Positions 8,239-15,056 of a DNA stretch of 39,152 nt are shown piece by piece; within the stretch, counting starts at the first letter, position 1; each line of letters opens with the position of its first letter. The DNA is taken from NCBI GenBank assembly GCA_025928215.1, contig JAICJW010000001.1:1-39152 (forward strand). The letters run 5' to 3'. The notes below the pieces were generated by a model. That model ran no database searches. It worked only from the letters and a program-made list of their open reading frames with translations, and was not told the DNA's origin. The position numbers and the translations under genes are program-made. This DNA is from Chloroflexia bacterium (GTDB lineage: Bacteria; Chloroflexota; Chloroflexia; Thermomicrobiales; JALYUS01).

Positions 8239-8288
8239 ATTCTACGGCTTTCCCATGCGATGTCAACCCGTACGAAACTCGTACGGGT
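8239..8288 (-). promoter_or_regulatory. Candidate promoter for the beta-propeller gene (TTGACA-16 nt-TAGAAT), preceded by a 9-bp hairpin
   Basis: Minus strand reads ACCCGTACGagtttCGTACGGGTTGACAtcgcatgggaaagccgTAGAATgacg. The hairpin is at 8266-8288, the -35 at 8261-8266 and the -10 at 8239-8244. This leaves a 5' UTR of about 140 nt in which I recognise no structure. Confidence 0.35.
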
Positions 8289-8550
8289 CGCGCGGGGGAT
8301 TGAACACAACGTGGCACAAACCCGGACGGATCGCGCGGAAGTGCGGAAGAATGAGCGAAGGGTGGCGGATTCGTGGCGGTCGCCCTCGTCACGAAGGTGG
8401 CGATGCTTCCCCGGCTGATCGCGACGCGGGTCGGCGGTTTCCTGGCGGAAGAGGTAGATCGGCCGCCGCTCGTGATTGGCCCGCGGATCGTGCAGGATAC
8501 CGGCGCGCTGGCGCTCGGTGCGGTTGCCGGGGATGGGCACTCCGCTCGGG

Positions 8551-8964
8551 CTAGATGCGCGCGGGTTCTCTCGCGGAACGATCCGCGACGCTCCGCACCG
8601 CATCAAGCAGCCGCTCGGCGGTGAAGGGAGCGGGAAGCGGTAGGACATCCGGCTCGTCCTCGACCTTCTCGCGCTCGTCAGCATCGGGGTTCGCGCTGTA
8701 GAGAATCACGGGCAGTTCGGGCCGGTAGGGCGCGGCCCGCAAGGAATCCATCACGAGTGGCGTATGCACGTCGAAGGCATCGTCGTCCGCACCGAGCAGG
8801 ATGATCCAGGGGCGGATCGTCGGCGCTTCGATGAGGAAGGTCGCGCGGGAGCGGAAACCGCGCACCGTATAGCCCTCTCCGGTGAGCGTCTCGACAACAA
8901 AGTCGTGGACCGCCGCGCGCCCGTCTACAACCGCGACCGTCTTCGTTTCCATTGGTTTCCCCAT
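8551..8964 (-). CDS. Stand-alone receiver-like (CheY-fold) protein with atypical active-site residues
   Basis: Layout is TVAVVDG...WIILLGADDD...PVILYSA...LPLPAPFTAERLLDAV, which is receiver-like (beta1 acidic, beta3 Asp, beta4 Ser/Thr, beta5 x-P-F). The DD pair is DG and the conserved Lys before PF is Ala. The start could be 8964 or 8952. Confidence 0.55.
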   Translation of the reverse strand: MGKPMETKTVAVVDGRAAVHDFVVETLTGEGYTVRGFRSRATFLIEAPTIRPWIILLGADDDAFDVHTPLVMDSLRAAPYRPELPVILYSANPDADEREKVEDEPDVLPLPAPFTAERLLDAVRSVADRSAREPARI

Positions 8965-9051
8965 TTCTCCACCACAATGCTACCCGGATGACCGGGCACA
9001 TACATGCCGCGTTGATGCCCGAACGCGGTGCAATGATAGCACGCACTGCGG

Positions 9052-9585
9052 TCAGATTTTGAAGATTGCGCGCATCGCGACGCGCCAGCCGGGCAATGCC
9101 GGCTCCGCGTCCGCCATGTCATCCATACCGAAGCGTATCGGTATCTCCGGTTGATCCGCACGAGAGGAAGCGATCATCCGGTTCACCGGGTCCACATCCC
9201 AGACGACGAGCGTGCCCGCCGCGTAGGCGCGGTCAGCGGCAGGGCCATAATCGTATTCCGATCGCACTTCGGCGGCGAAGATGGGCGCGCCCTCGATGAA
9301 GCGCATGCGATCGTCCGGGGCATGCAAGGCGTACGATGCATCCGGGCTGAAGGATTTGCGGTGGGGCAGATTGACGAGGTACCCCGTGTTATCGCTCAAG
9401 GCATAGCCGGAACCCATCACTTCCTCATATGCCGCGAGGAAACGATAGATCTAACCCGCGACCCGACTGGGAGCAAACCCGGTGAGTGACATATGCACCA
9501 ACTCTCCATTGACGAGTTCATACGTGCCATTGTCCCTCGGGGCTTTATAGAGGTCTTCGATTGTCGCTTCGGTACGTGTCACCAT
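9052..9585 (-). pseudogene. Uma2 (DUF820) family endonuclease gene interrupted by an in-frame TAG
   Basis: ATG at 9585 has GAGGAG 6 nt upstream. It reads MVTRTEATIEDLYKAPRDNGTYELVNGELVHMSLTGFAPSRVAG*IYRFLAAYEEVMGSGYALSDNTGYLVNLP...VVWDVDPVNR... The TAG is at 9453-9451, in frame with the ORF-track fragment 9052..9420. The YEL.NGEL..MS and DVDP segments are Uma2-like. Confidence 0.65.
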
Positions 9586-9633
9586 GGCGTACTCCTCGGT
9601 GCGGGCCTTTCCATGCACGGTATAGCGGGAATG

Positions 9634-10566
9634 CTACGACACTCCACCGCTGGCGAGGGCGCGGACTTTGAGAACGCCATAGAGGATGGAGAAGGTCGGC
9701 GTCGGGACGCCGAGCGCCGCGCCACGCCGGACGACGGCGCCTGTCAGTTGCTCCAACTCGACGCGGTTGCCACGCTCGTAATCAATGGACATCGAGGTCT
9801 TTTGCTCGTAGAGGAACCGCCAGACGACGCCGAGTGCCGTCTCCTCGGCATCGGCGGGGAGGGCGACGCCGCTCGCCCTCCCGACCGCGACGCATTCCGC
9901 GATCAGCGCCCGGTAGAGCCTGTCTCCTTCCGGCGTCTCGCGGATCGGGCCGCAGGGCATCATACAGACGCTCGTCATCGTCGCGTGCGGCGCTTGCATA
10001 ACGAACTTTTGCCAGACGGCGACGCGCGCGTCCCGCGCGACTTCAACTTCGATACCCGCCGCCCGCAACGCTGCCGCGACCTGTTCCACGCGGGGCGTTG
10101 GCCCGCCGGAAAACTCGCCAAAGACGACGCGGCGCAGCGTGCCCATCTGTTCGATCACGCCCGGCTCGGCGAGCGTCGAGCGGATGAAAGTCGTCCCGGC
10201 GAGGACATGCTCCGGGCCGAGGATCGCCGCCAGTTGCTCGGCACTATCCACGCCGTTGAGCACCGTCAGCACCGCCGTTTCCGGGCCGATGACGGGGCGG
10301 AGCGCGGTCGCGGCGACCTCGGCGTCGTACCCCTTGACGGTAAAGAGGATCAAATCGAAATCGCCCGCCGCCTCATCCGGCGCGGCGACCGCAGCGACAG
10401 ACGGGAAGCGGTATGTTTGCTCGTCGGTGCACACTTCCAGCCCGCGCTCGCGCATCGCCGCCAGATGCGCTCCGCGTGCGACGAAGGTCACATCATGCCC
10501 CTGATGCGCAAGCATGCCGCCAAAATACCCGCCCAGCCCGCCGGAACCCATCACCAGCACGCGCAT
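9634..10566 (-). CDS. panE: 2-dehydropantoate 2-reductase (ketopantoate reductase, ApbA/PanE family)
   Basis: MRVLVMGSGGLGGYFGGMLAHQGHDVTFVARG is a Rossmann GxGxxG N-terminus, and the C-terminal SMSIDYERGNRVELEQLTGAVVRRG is typical of PanE. Start set at ATG 10566, with GGAGGGG upstream. Confidence 0.8.
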   Translation of the reverse strand: MRVLVMGSGGLGGYFGGMLAHQGHDVTFVARGAHLAAMRERGLEVCTDEQTYRFPSVAAVAAPDEAAGDFDLILFTVKGYDAEVAATALRPVIGPETAVLTVLNGVDSAEQLAAILGPEHVLAGTTFIRSTLAEPGVIEQMGTLRRVVFGEFSGGPTPRVEQVAAALRAAGIEVEVARDARVAVWQKFVMQAPHATMTSVCMMPCGPIRETPEGDRLYRALIAECVAVGRASGVALPADAEETALGVVWRFLYEQKTSMSIDYERGNRVELEQLTGAVVRRGAALGVPTPTFSILYGVLKVRALASGGVS

Positions 10567-10644
10567 TGTTCCCCTCCACCACAATCGTTCGTCCCGCCCG
10601 TTCCGCGGTTCTGATCTCGCAGTGTACGGTGGGCGGTGCGGCTT

Positions 10645-11316
10645 TCATAGCCCCGGATAGTCCCGATCCCCGGCTCCTCTCCCGCTTGCGGGCGGCGTAC
10701 CCCGCCGCACCAGCGCGCGCAGACGGCGGAGGGTGACATTCCAGTGGCGGGAGACGGTGCGCGGCGTCAGGCTGAGGCGGGCGGCGATGTCGCGCGTTTC
10801 CAACCCCTCGCGGATGCGTAAGAGGAAAATTTCGCGCTCCTGATCGGGGAGGCGGGCTACGAAGGCCGGGAAATCCACGCCGTATTCGTGCCAGGCAATA
10901 GGCGCGTAGGCGCGCGGCGGCGCGGCAACCAGCCGTTCCGCGCGTGCGCCGAAATCCGTCGTCGTGGCGGGTCGGCGGCGTTCATACGCGCGTAGGAGCG
11001 AGTGCAGCCGCCAGCGGAACATGCCGAAGAGGTAGGTCGCGAAGCCAGCTCCGGTCGTGTCCGGCCCGGACCACGTCGCCACGAGCGCGGCGAAGATCGG
11101 AAATGCCTCCTGCACCGCGTCGTCGTGCTCCAACATCGGGAAGGCCCACGCTGTCCGGTGGGCCATCTGCGCGAGGCGCGGTCCGACGGCCAGCCAGAGG
11201 GTGTCCCGCGCGGCCCGGTCACCTGTCCGTGCCGCCTGCGCCAACTGGCCGAGCCAGATGTCCTCATCTTCGCGCACATGCCAGGGCCGCGCCGCTCGTG
11301 GTACACGCTCGGTCAT
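10645..11316 (-). CDS. Sigma-70 family (ECF-like) RNA polymerase sigma factor
   Basis: Region 2-like: RLAQMAHRTAWAFPMLEHDDAVQEAFPIFAALVATW ... FATYLFGMFRWRLHSLLRAYERRR. Region 4-like HTH: LPDQEREIFLLRIREGLETRDIAARLSLTPRTVSRHWNVTLRRLRAL. ATG 11316-11314 overlaps the dinB TGA 11315-11313 (ATGA). Confidence 0.8.
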   Translation of the reverse strand: MTERVPRAARPWHVREDEDIWLGQLAQAARTGDRAARDTLWLAVGPRLAQMAHRTAWAFPMLEHDDAVQEAFPIFAALVATWSGPDTTGAGFATYLFGMFRWRLHSLLRAYERRRPATTTDFGARAERLVAAPPRAYAPIAWHEYGVDFPAFVARLPDQEREIFLLRIREGLETRDIAARLSLTPRTVSRHWNVTLRRLRALVRRGTPPASGRGAGDRDYPGL

Positions 11317-12611
11317 TCGGCATCGGGCGGCGGGGAGTCGCGCCACCCTCCAGTAAGCAGCGCGAGCGCGGGGCGGAGCGCGTTTTTGCCGTGCCGGGCG
11401 CGCACGGCGTCGAGCGCGTCGTTGATCCGGTAGAGCCGTTCGGGGCGGTCGCTGAGAAGCGTCAATTGCGCGCCGCCCGCGCCCAATCCGGCGGCGCGCA
11501 CGCCGATCAGCCGCACCGGGCCGTAGCCGAGCCGCGCCAGGCATGGATCGAACAATCGCCACGCCGCGTCCAGCAGCACCTGCTGGGCATTCGTCGCGGG
11601 GGAGATCGTCGTTTGCATCCCCACGGAGCGGAAATGCCCATCCCGCAGCCGCAGGGCGACGATGCGTGCAGACCGGTCATACGCGCGCAGTTCCGCCGCT
11701 GTCTCATCGCAGAGGATGGCGAGGGTCGCCCGGAGGAGCAGCCGGTCCCGCGTGTTCTCGCGGAGCGTATGCTCGTGGCCGACGGATTTCATCACATGGC
11801 CGACGACGAGCGGCGTATCGTCCTCCCCGCGTGCGCGGCGGGCGAGGGCGGGGCCGGGATCGCCGAATAGCGCGCGCAATTGCTCGTCCGGCACCCGCGC
11901 CAGTTCGCCGAGCGTCCGGACGGCGATAGCGTGCAGCGCGCGTTCGGTCGCCGGGCCGATGCCCGGCATCGCAGCGACGGGCAGCGGCGCGAGGAAAGCC
12001 GCCTCCTTGCCGGGTGGAATAGCGCGGAAGCCGTCCGGCTTCGCCGTCTTTGCGGCGATCTTCGCCGTCGTCCGCCCCGTCGCGAGGCCGATGGAGACGA
12101 TCAGCGATAGCTCCTCCCGCACGCGGCGGCGGATATTGAGCGCGATCAGTTCGGGCAGGCCGCTCACCCGCTCCATGCCGGTGACATCAACCGCCGCCTC
12201 GTCCGGCCCCGTCATCTGGACGAGCGGGCTGTAGGAGAGCAAAATGGCGCGGAAGCGGCGGGCGAGATCGCCGTAGTACGCGCCGTCCACCGGCAGAAAG
12301 ATAGCGTGCGAGCAGCGCCGCGCCGCCTCCGCGATGGACATGCCGGAGCGGATGCCGTACACCCGCGCCGGGTACGACGCGGCGCAAACGACGCCCCGCC
12401 CACCCTTCCGTCCGCCGACGATCACCGGTAGCCCGGCTAATGTGGGGCGGCGCGCGATCTCGGCGGTGGCGAAGAAGGCGTCGAGATCGGCATGCAGGAT
12501 GGCGCGCGGCCATAGTGCCCCCGGCTGCGGCGCGGGTGCTTTGGGCGGCGGGCCGTCCTGGTCTACGATCTGCGGGAGCGGGCCACGAAACGAGAGCGCG
12601 AGTACGGTCAT
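11313..12611 (-). CDS. dinB: DNA polymerase IV (Y-family translesion polymerase)
   Basis: ILHADLDAFFATAEIARRPTLAGLPVIVGG is the Y-family motif I, followed by SIDEAxxD-like PDEAAVDVTG, SIGLATGRTTAKIAAKTAKPDG and PVAAMPGIGPATERAL. ATG at 12611 is preceded by GAGGAGGAAAACCCG. Confidence 0.9.
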   Translation of the reverse strand: MTVLALSFRGPLPQIVDQDGPPPKAPAPQPGALWPRAILHADLDAFFATAEIARRPTLAGLPVIVGGRKGGRGVVCAASYPARVYGIRSGMSIAEAARRCSHAIFLPVDGAYYGDLARRFRAILLSYSPLVQMTGPDEAAVDVTGMERVSGLPELIALNIRRRVREELSLIVSIGLATGRTTAKIAAKTAKPDGFRAIPPGKEAAFLAPLPVAAMPGIGPATERALHAIAVRTLGELARVPDEQLRALFGDPGPALARRARGEDDTPLVVGHVMKSVGHEHTLRENTRDRLLLRATLAILCDETAAELRAYDRSARIVALRLRDGHFRSVGMQTTISPATNAQQVLLDAAWRLFDPCLARLGYGPVRLIGVRAAGLGAGGAQLTLLSDRPERLYRINDALDAVRARHGKNALRPALALLTGGWRDSPPPDAE

Positions 12612-12693
12612 CGGGTTTTCCTCCTCATACGTGCGAACAGCGCGCGGACGACGCCGGTGCGCTGTCGGAGAGACAGGGAACACCCCAAAGACT

Positions 12694-12707
12694 AGAACAA
12701 GCGTTCT
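12694..12707. promoter_or_regulatory. Candidate LexA (SOS/Cheo-type) operator AGAACAAGCGTTCT
   Basis: Perfect GAAC-N4-GTTC palindrome. It starts 1 nt downstream of the dinB -10 hexamer, about 83 nt upstream of the dinB ATG. Confidence 0.6.
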
Positions 12708-12708
12708 G

Positions 12709-12738
12709 AATATAGGCTCGTTTGACGGGCAAAGTCAA
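12709..12738 (-). promoter_or_regulatory. Candidate dinB promoter (TTGACT-18 nt-TATATT)
   Basis: Minus strand reads caccTTGACTttgcccgtcaaacgagccTATATTcAGAACGCTTGTTCTagt. Confidence 0.5.
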
Positions 12739-12772
12739 GGTGCATATCCCGCCGAAGGGCGGCGGGAGTAAT

Positions 12773-12842
12773 AAGGAAAAAGTCCAAAGTAACAAGGGAT
12801 GACGGCTCCGTTGCTTTCCTTGTTACTTTGGACTTTTTCCTT
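12773..12842. repeat. 25-bp perfect AT-rich inverted repeat with a 20-nt spacer, between the dinB and dnaA promoters
   Basis: AAGGAAAAAGTCCAAAGTAACAAGG (12773-12797) and CCTTGTTACTTTGGACTTTTTCCTT (12818-12842) are exact reverse complements. The spacer is gatgacggctccgttgcttt. Confidence 0.9.
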
Positions 12843-12861
12843 TCGACTTTCTCCCCACCCC

Positions 12862-12890
12862 TCGACAGGTGTACGTTCACTGTGTATAAT
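12862..12890 (+). promoter_or_regulatory. Candidate dnaA promoter (TCGACA-17 nt-TATAAT) overlapping a one-mismatch DnaA-box-like 9-mer
   Basis: Reads cTCGACAggtgtacgttcactgtgTATAATcc. TGTGTATAA (12881-12889) differs at one position from TGTGGATAA, the complement of TTATCCACA. Confidence 0.45.
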
Positions 12891-12950
12891 CCGCACATCC
12901 GGTGGCGGGAGCCGGGTTCGGCAATCAATGCGGCGGGGAGTGAAGTAGGG

Positions 12951-14384
12951 ATGGCGACGATGCAGCCCATGCAGGGGAGCAGAGTGTGGCAGGCAGTCCT
13001 CGAGGACTTGCAGGGGCGCACGCCGCGCGGTTCGTATGAGACATTCCTGCGCGGCACGGAGATCGCGGCCTTCGATGCCGACGATGCCCGCCTGACGGTC
13101 GCTGCGCCGAACACGTTTGTCCGCGAGCAACTGGAAAAGCGGTTCCACGGGACGATTGTCCGCTCGCTCAGGGGCATTCTCGGCTACGAAGTCGCGGTGG
13201 ACTTCACCATCGTCGGGCGCCCGGCGAATGAGGATGCGATGCCGGGCCGCAAGACGCGCGCGGACGATCACGGCGGCGACATCCCGGCCATCGCGCCGTC
13301 GCCGAAAGCGCCCGCTTTCCGGGAGTATCAGCAGCCGGAACTCGCCCCGACGCCCGCGCATGGCCTCAATCCACGCTATACCTTCGAGCATCTGATCGTG
13401 AGCGGTTTCAATCGCATGGCGGCAGCGGGCGCGAAATCCGTCGCCGATACTCCCGGTCGTTCCTACAATCCGCTTTTTATCTATGGCGGTGTGGGGCTTG
13501 GCAAGACGCACATTCTCCACGCCATCGGCCACTATGCGATGGAGCACACCCCCGGTTGCCGCGTCCTGTACGTCTCCTCCGAGACCTTCACGAACGAAAT
13601 GATCAACGCGATTCGGGAGAACCGCAACGAGGAATTCCGCACGCGCTACCGCACGATTGACATTCTCCTCATTGACGACATCCAGTTCATCGCGGGCAAG
13701 GAGAGCACGCAGGAGGAGTTTTTCCACACCTTCAACGCGCTCGTGCTGGCGGGCAAGCAGATCGTGATGACGAGTGACCGGCACCCGAAGGTAATCGTCA
13801 CGCTCGATGACCGGCTGCGTTCGCGCTTTGAGGGTGGCCTGACGACCGATGTGCAGACTCCGGACCTCGAATCGCGCATGGCAATCCTCCGCCAGCGGGG
13901 CGAGGAGGCCGGCGTCCATGTGCCGACTGAGGTGGTGGATTACATCGCGCACAAGATTCAGTCGAACGTCCGCGAATTGGAGGGCGCGCTGAACCGGATC
14001 GTCATGACGGCGCGGATGAACGGCGTCGCGGTGACGATGGATGTGGCGACGCAGGCACTCAACGATGTGGCGCTGAATAACCGCCGCCGCCAGATCACGC
14101 CCGCGCGGATCGTCGAGATGGTGGCGAAGTTCTACAATTGCTCGGAGAAAGAGATGCGGGGCCGGGGCCGCGCGAAGGACATCGTCGTGCCCCGTCAGGT
14201 GGCGATGTACATCATGCGGCACGAGACGGACCGCTCGCTTGCGGACATCGGTACGGAACTCGGTGGCCGTGACCACACGACCGTCATCCACGGCACCGAG
14301 AAAGTCGAGAAAGAGATCGAGCGGGGCAGCGGCCAGCTCCGCCAGGAAGTCCTCACCATCCGCGAGATGCTCTACGCGGACTGA
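12951..14384 (+). CDS. dnaA: Chromosomal replication initiator protein DnaA
   Basis: N-terminal WQAVLEDLQ...TFLRGTEIAAFDADDARLTVAAPNTFVREQLEKRF; AAA+ core NPLFIYGGVGLGKTHILHAIGHY, LLIDDIQFIAGKESTQEEFFHTFNAL; domain IV RQVAMYIMRHETDRSLADIGTELGGRDHTTVIHG. ATG 12951 has GGGGAG about 10 nt upstream. Confidence 0.95.
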   Translation: MATMQPMQGSRVWQAVLEDLQGRTPRGSYETFLRGTEIAAFDADDARLTVAAPNTFVREQLEKRFHGTIVRSLRGILGYEVAVDFTIVGRPANEDAMPGRKTRADDHGGDIPAIAPSPKAPAFREYQQPELAPTPAHGLNPRYTFEHLIVSGFNRMAAAGAKSVADTPGRSYNPLFIYGGVGLGKTHILHAIGHYAMEHTPGCRVLYVSSETFTNEMINAIRENRNEEFRTRYRTIDILLIDDIQFIAGKESTQEEFFHTFNALVLAGKQIVMTSDRHPKVIVTLDDRLRSRFEGGLTTDVQTPDLESRMAILRQRGEEAGVHVPTEVVDYIAHKIQSNVRELEGALNRIVMTARMNGVAVTMDVATQALNDVALNNRRRQITPARIVEMVAKFYNCSEKEMRGRGRAKDIVVPRQVAMYIMRHETDRSLADIGTELGGRDHTTVIHGTEKVEKEIERGSGQLRQEVLTIREMLYAD

Positions 14385-14395
14385 GGGTGGGATTT

Positions 14396-14510
14396 TGAAC
14401 CGCCAAGGCGCCAGGATCGCCGAGGAAAAAAGGGGCGGAAATCGGGTGACGAGCGTTCGGCGCGCCTTCTCCCTCCTCTTTCCGGTCTCGGCGATTCACC
14501 TCCTTGTTGT
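14396..14510. repeat. Degenerate relative of the GATTGAACCGC... palindromic repeat family
   Basis: GATTTTGAACCGCCAAGGCGCCAGGATCGCCGAGG shares the skeleton GATTGAACCGC-N5-CGC-N5-NCG with the repeats at 25396 and 32780. The expected right arm is only partly recognisable (CTCGGCGAT at about 14487-14495). It lies between the convergent dnaA and DUF4440 gene ends. Confidence 0.3.
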
Positions 14511-14513
14511 CCA

Positions 14514-14933
14514 TCATCGCTGCACGGTAACGAGCGGATCGGCGTGGCGGTGGATGAGTTTCCAGTCCGTGCCCTCGCGGCGGAAGATTTCGGTGACGCG
14601 GAGCGCCTTCGGGGCGAACTGCTCCTCGCCGGCCGGGCGGACGTCGCCGCGCTCAATGGCGACGGTGTAGGCCATCGCCGCTGTGACGTGGCAGGCGATG
14701 ATCTCGGATCGCACGGCGCCTTCCGCGTTCCGCGCGGACGCCCACGTATAGCGATCTTCGACCGCCTCCCAGCCCTGCTCGGAGCCTCCATAGCCGCCGA
14801 ACATCGTAATCTCCTCGGTGTGCGTGGCCTGCGCTTTCCACGGCTCGGCGTCGCCGTTGAAGAAGGCGGTGGTCGCCTCCTGCCGGCGAGCGAGGAACTC
14901 ATGAAACTCTTTTTCGATCGTGTATGTCGTCAT
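14514..14933 (-). CDS. SnoaL-like/DUF4440 (NTF2-fold) protein
   Basis: 139 aa. It has the typical NTF2-like pattern (EFHEFLARRQEATTAFFNGDAEPW...VTEIFRREGTDWKLIHRHADP). Confidence 0.75.
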   Translation of the reverse strand: MTTYTIEKEFHEFLARRQEATTAFFNGDAEPWKAQATHTEEITMFGGYGGSEQGWEAVEDRYTWASARNAEGAVRSEIIACHVTAAMAYTVAIERGDVRPAGEEQFAPKALRVTEIFRREGTDWKLIHRHADPLVTVQR

Positions 14934-15056
14934 CGGTGTAACCCCTCTCTCTCATGGTGGCGGTGAGGAGAAAATGTACGTGGGCGCCCTATCACGAATG
15001 GTATACTAGGCGATGATCGAGCGATGCAGCTCTCGCCGTGTGGTGTCAGGAGAGGG

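Noticed and set aside
8290-8520. Faint resemblance of a minus-strand frame (..NRTERQRAGILHDPRANHERRPIYLFRQETADP..LRDEG..) to the ABC-ATPase signature/Walker B/D-loop region, i.e. a possible relic pseudogene
   Set aside because: Identity is low. The catalytic Asp/Glu and the H-loop are absent. There is no room for the N-terminal half because the receiver gene occupies it. Similarity of this kind can arise by chance in GC-rich frames. It would need a profile search.
8094-8684. N-terminal 197-aa extension of the beta-propeller ORF (ORF-track start 8684)
   Set aside because: The extension overlaps the receiver-like gene in another frame and is Arg/Ser/Pro-rich. A strong SD (GGAGGAGAGGGA) and a signal-peptide-like sequence begin at 8093.
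12612-12950. Looked for a cluster of DnaA boxes (TTATCCACA/TGTGGATAA) to call oriC outright
   Set aside because: There is only one 1-mismatch box (12881-12889) and one 2-mismatch neighbour. That is insufficient to annotate an origin, so it is reported only as a hypothesis.
12735-14291. 518-aa ORF antisense to dnaA, the same length as the dnaA-containing ORF
   Set aside because: Its composition is Arg/His/Asp/Leu-rich with no recognisable motifs. It mirrors the dnaA frame, as expected for GC-rich genes whose antisense frames lack stops. dnaA on the plus strand has unambiguous motifs.
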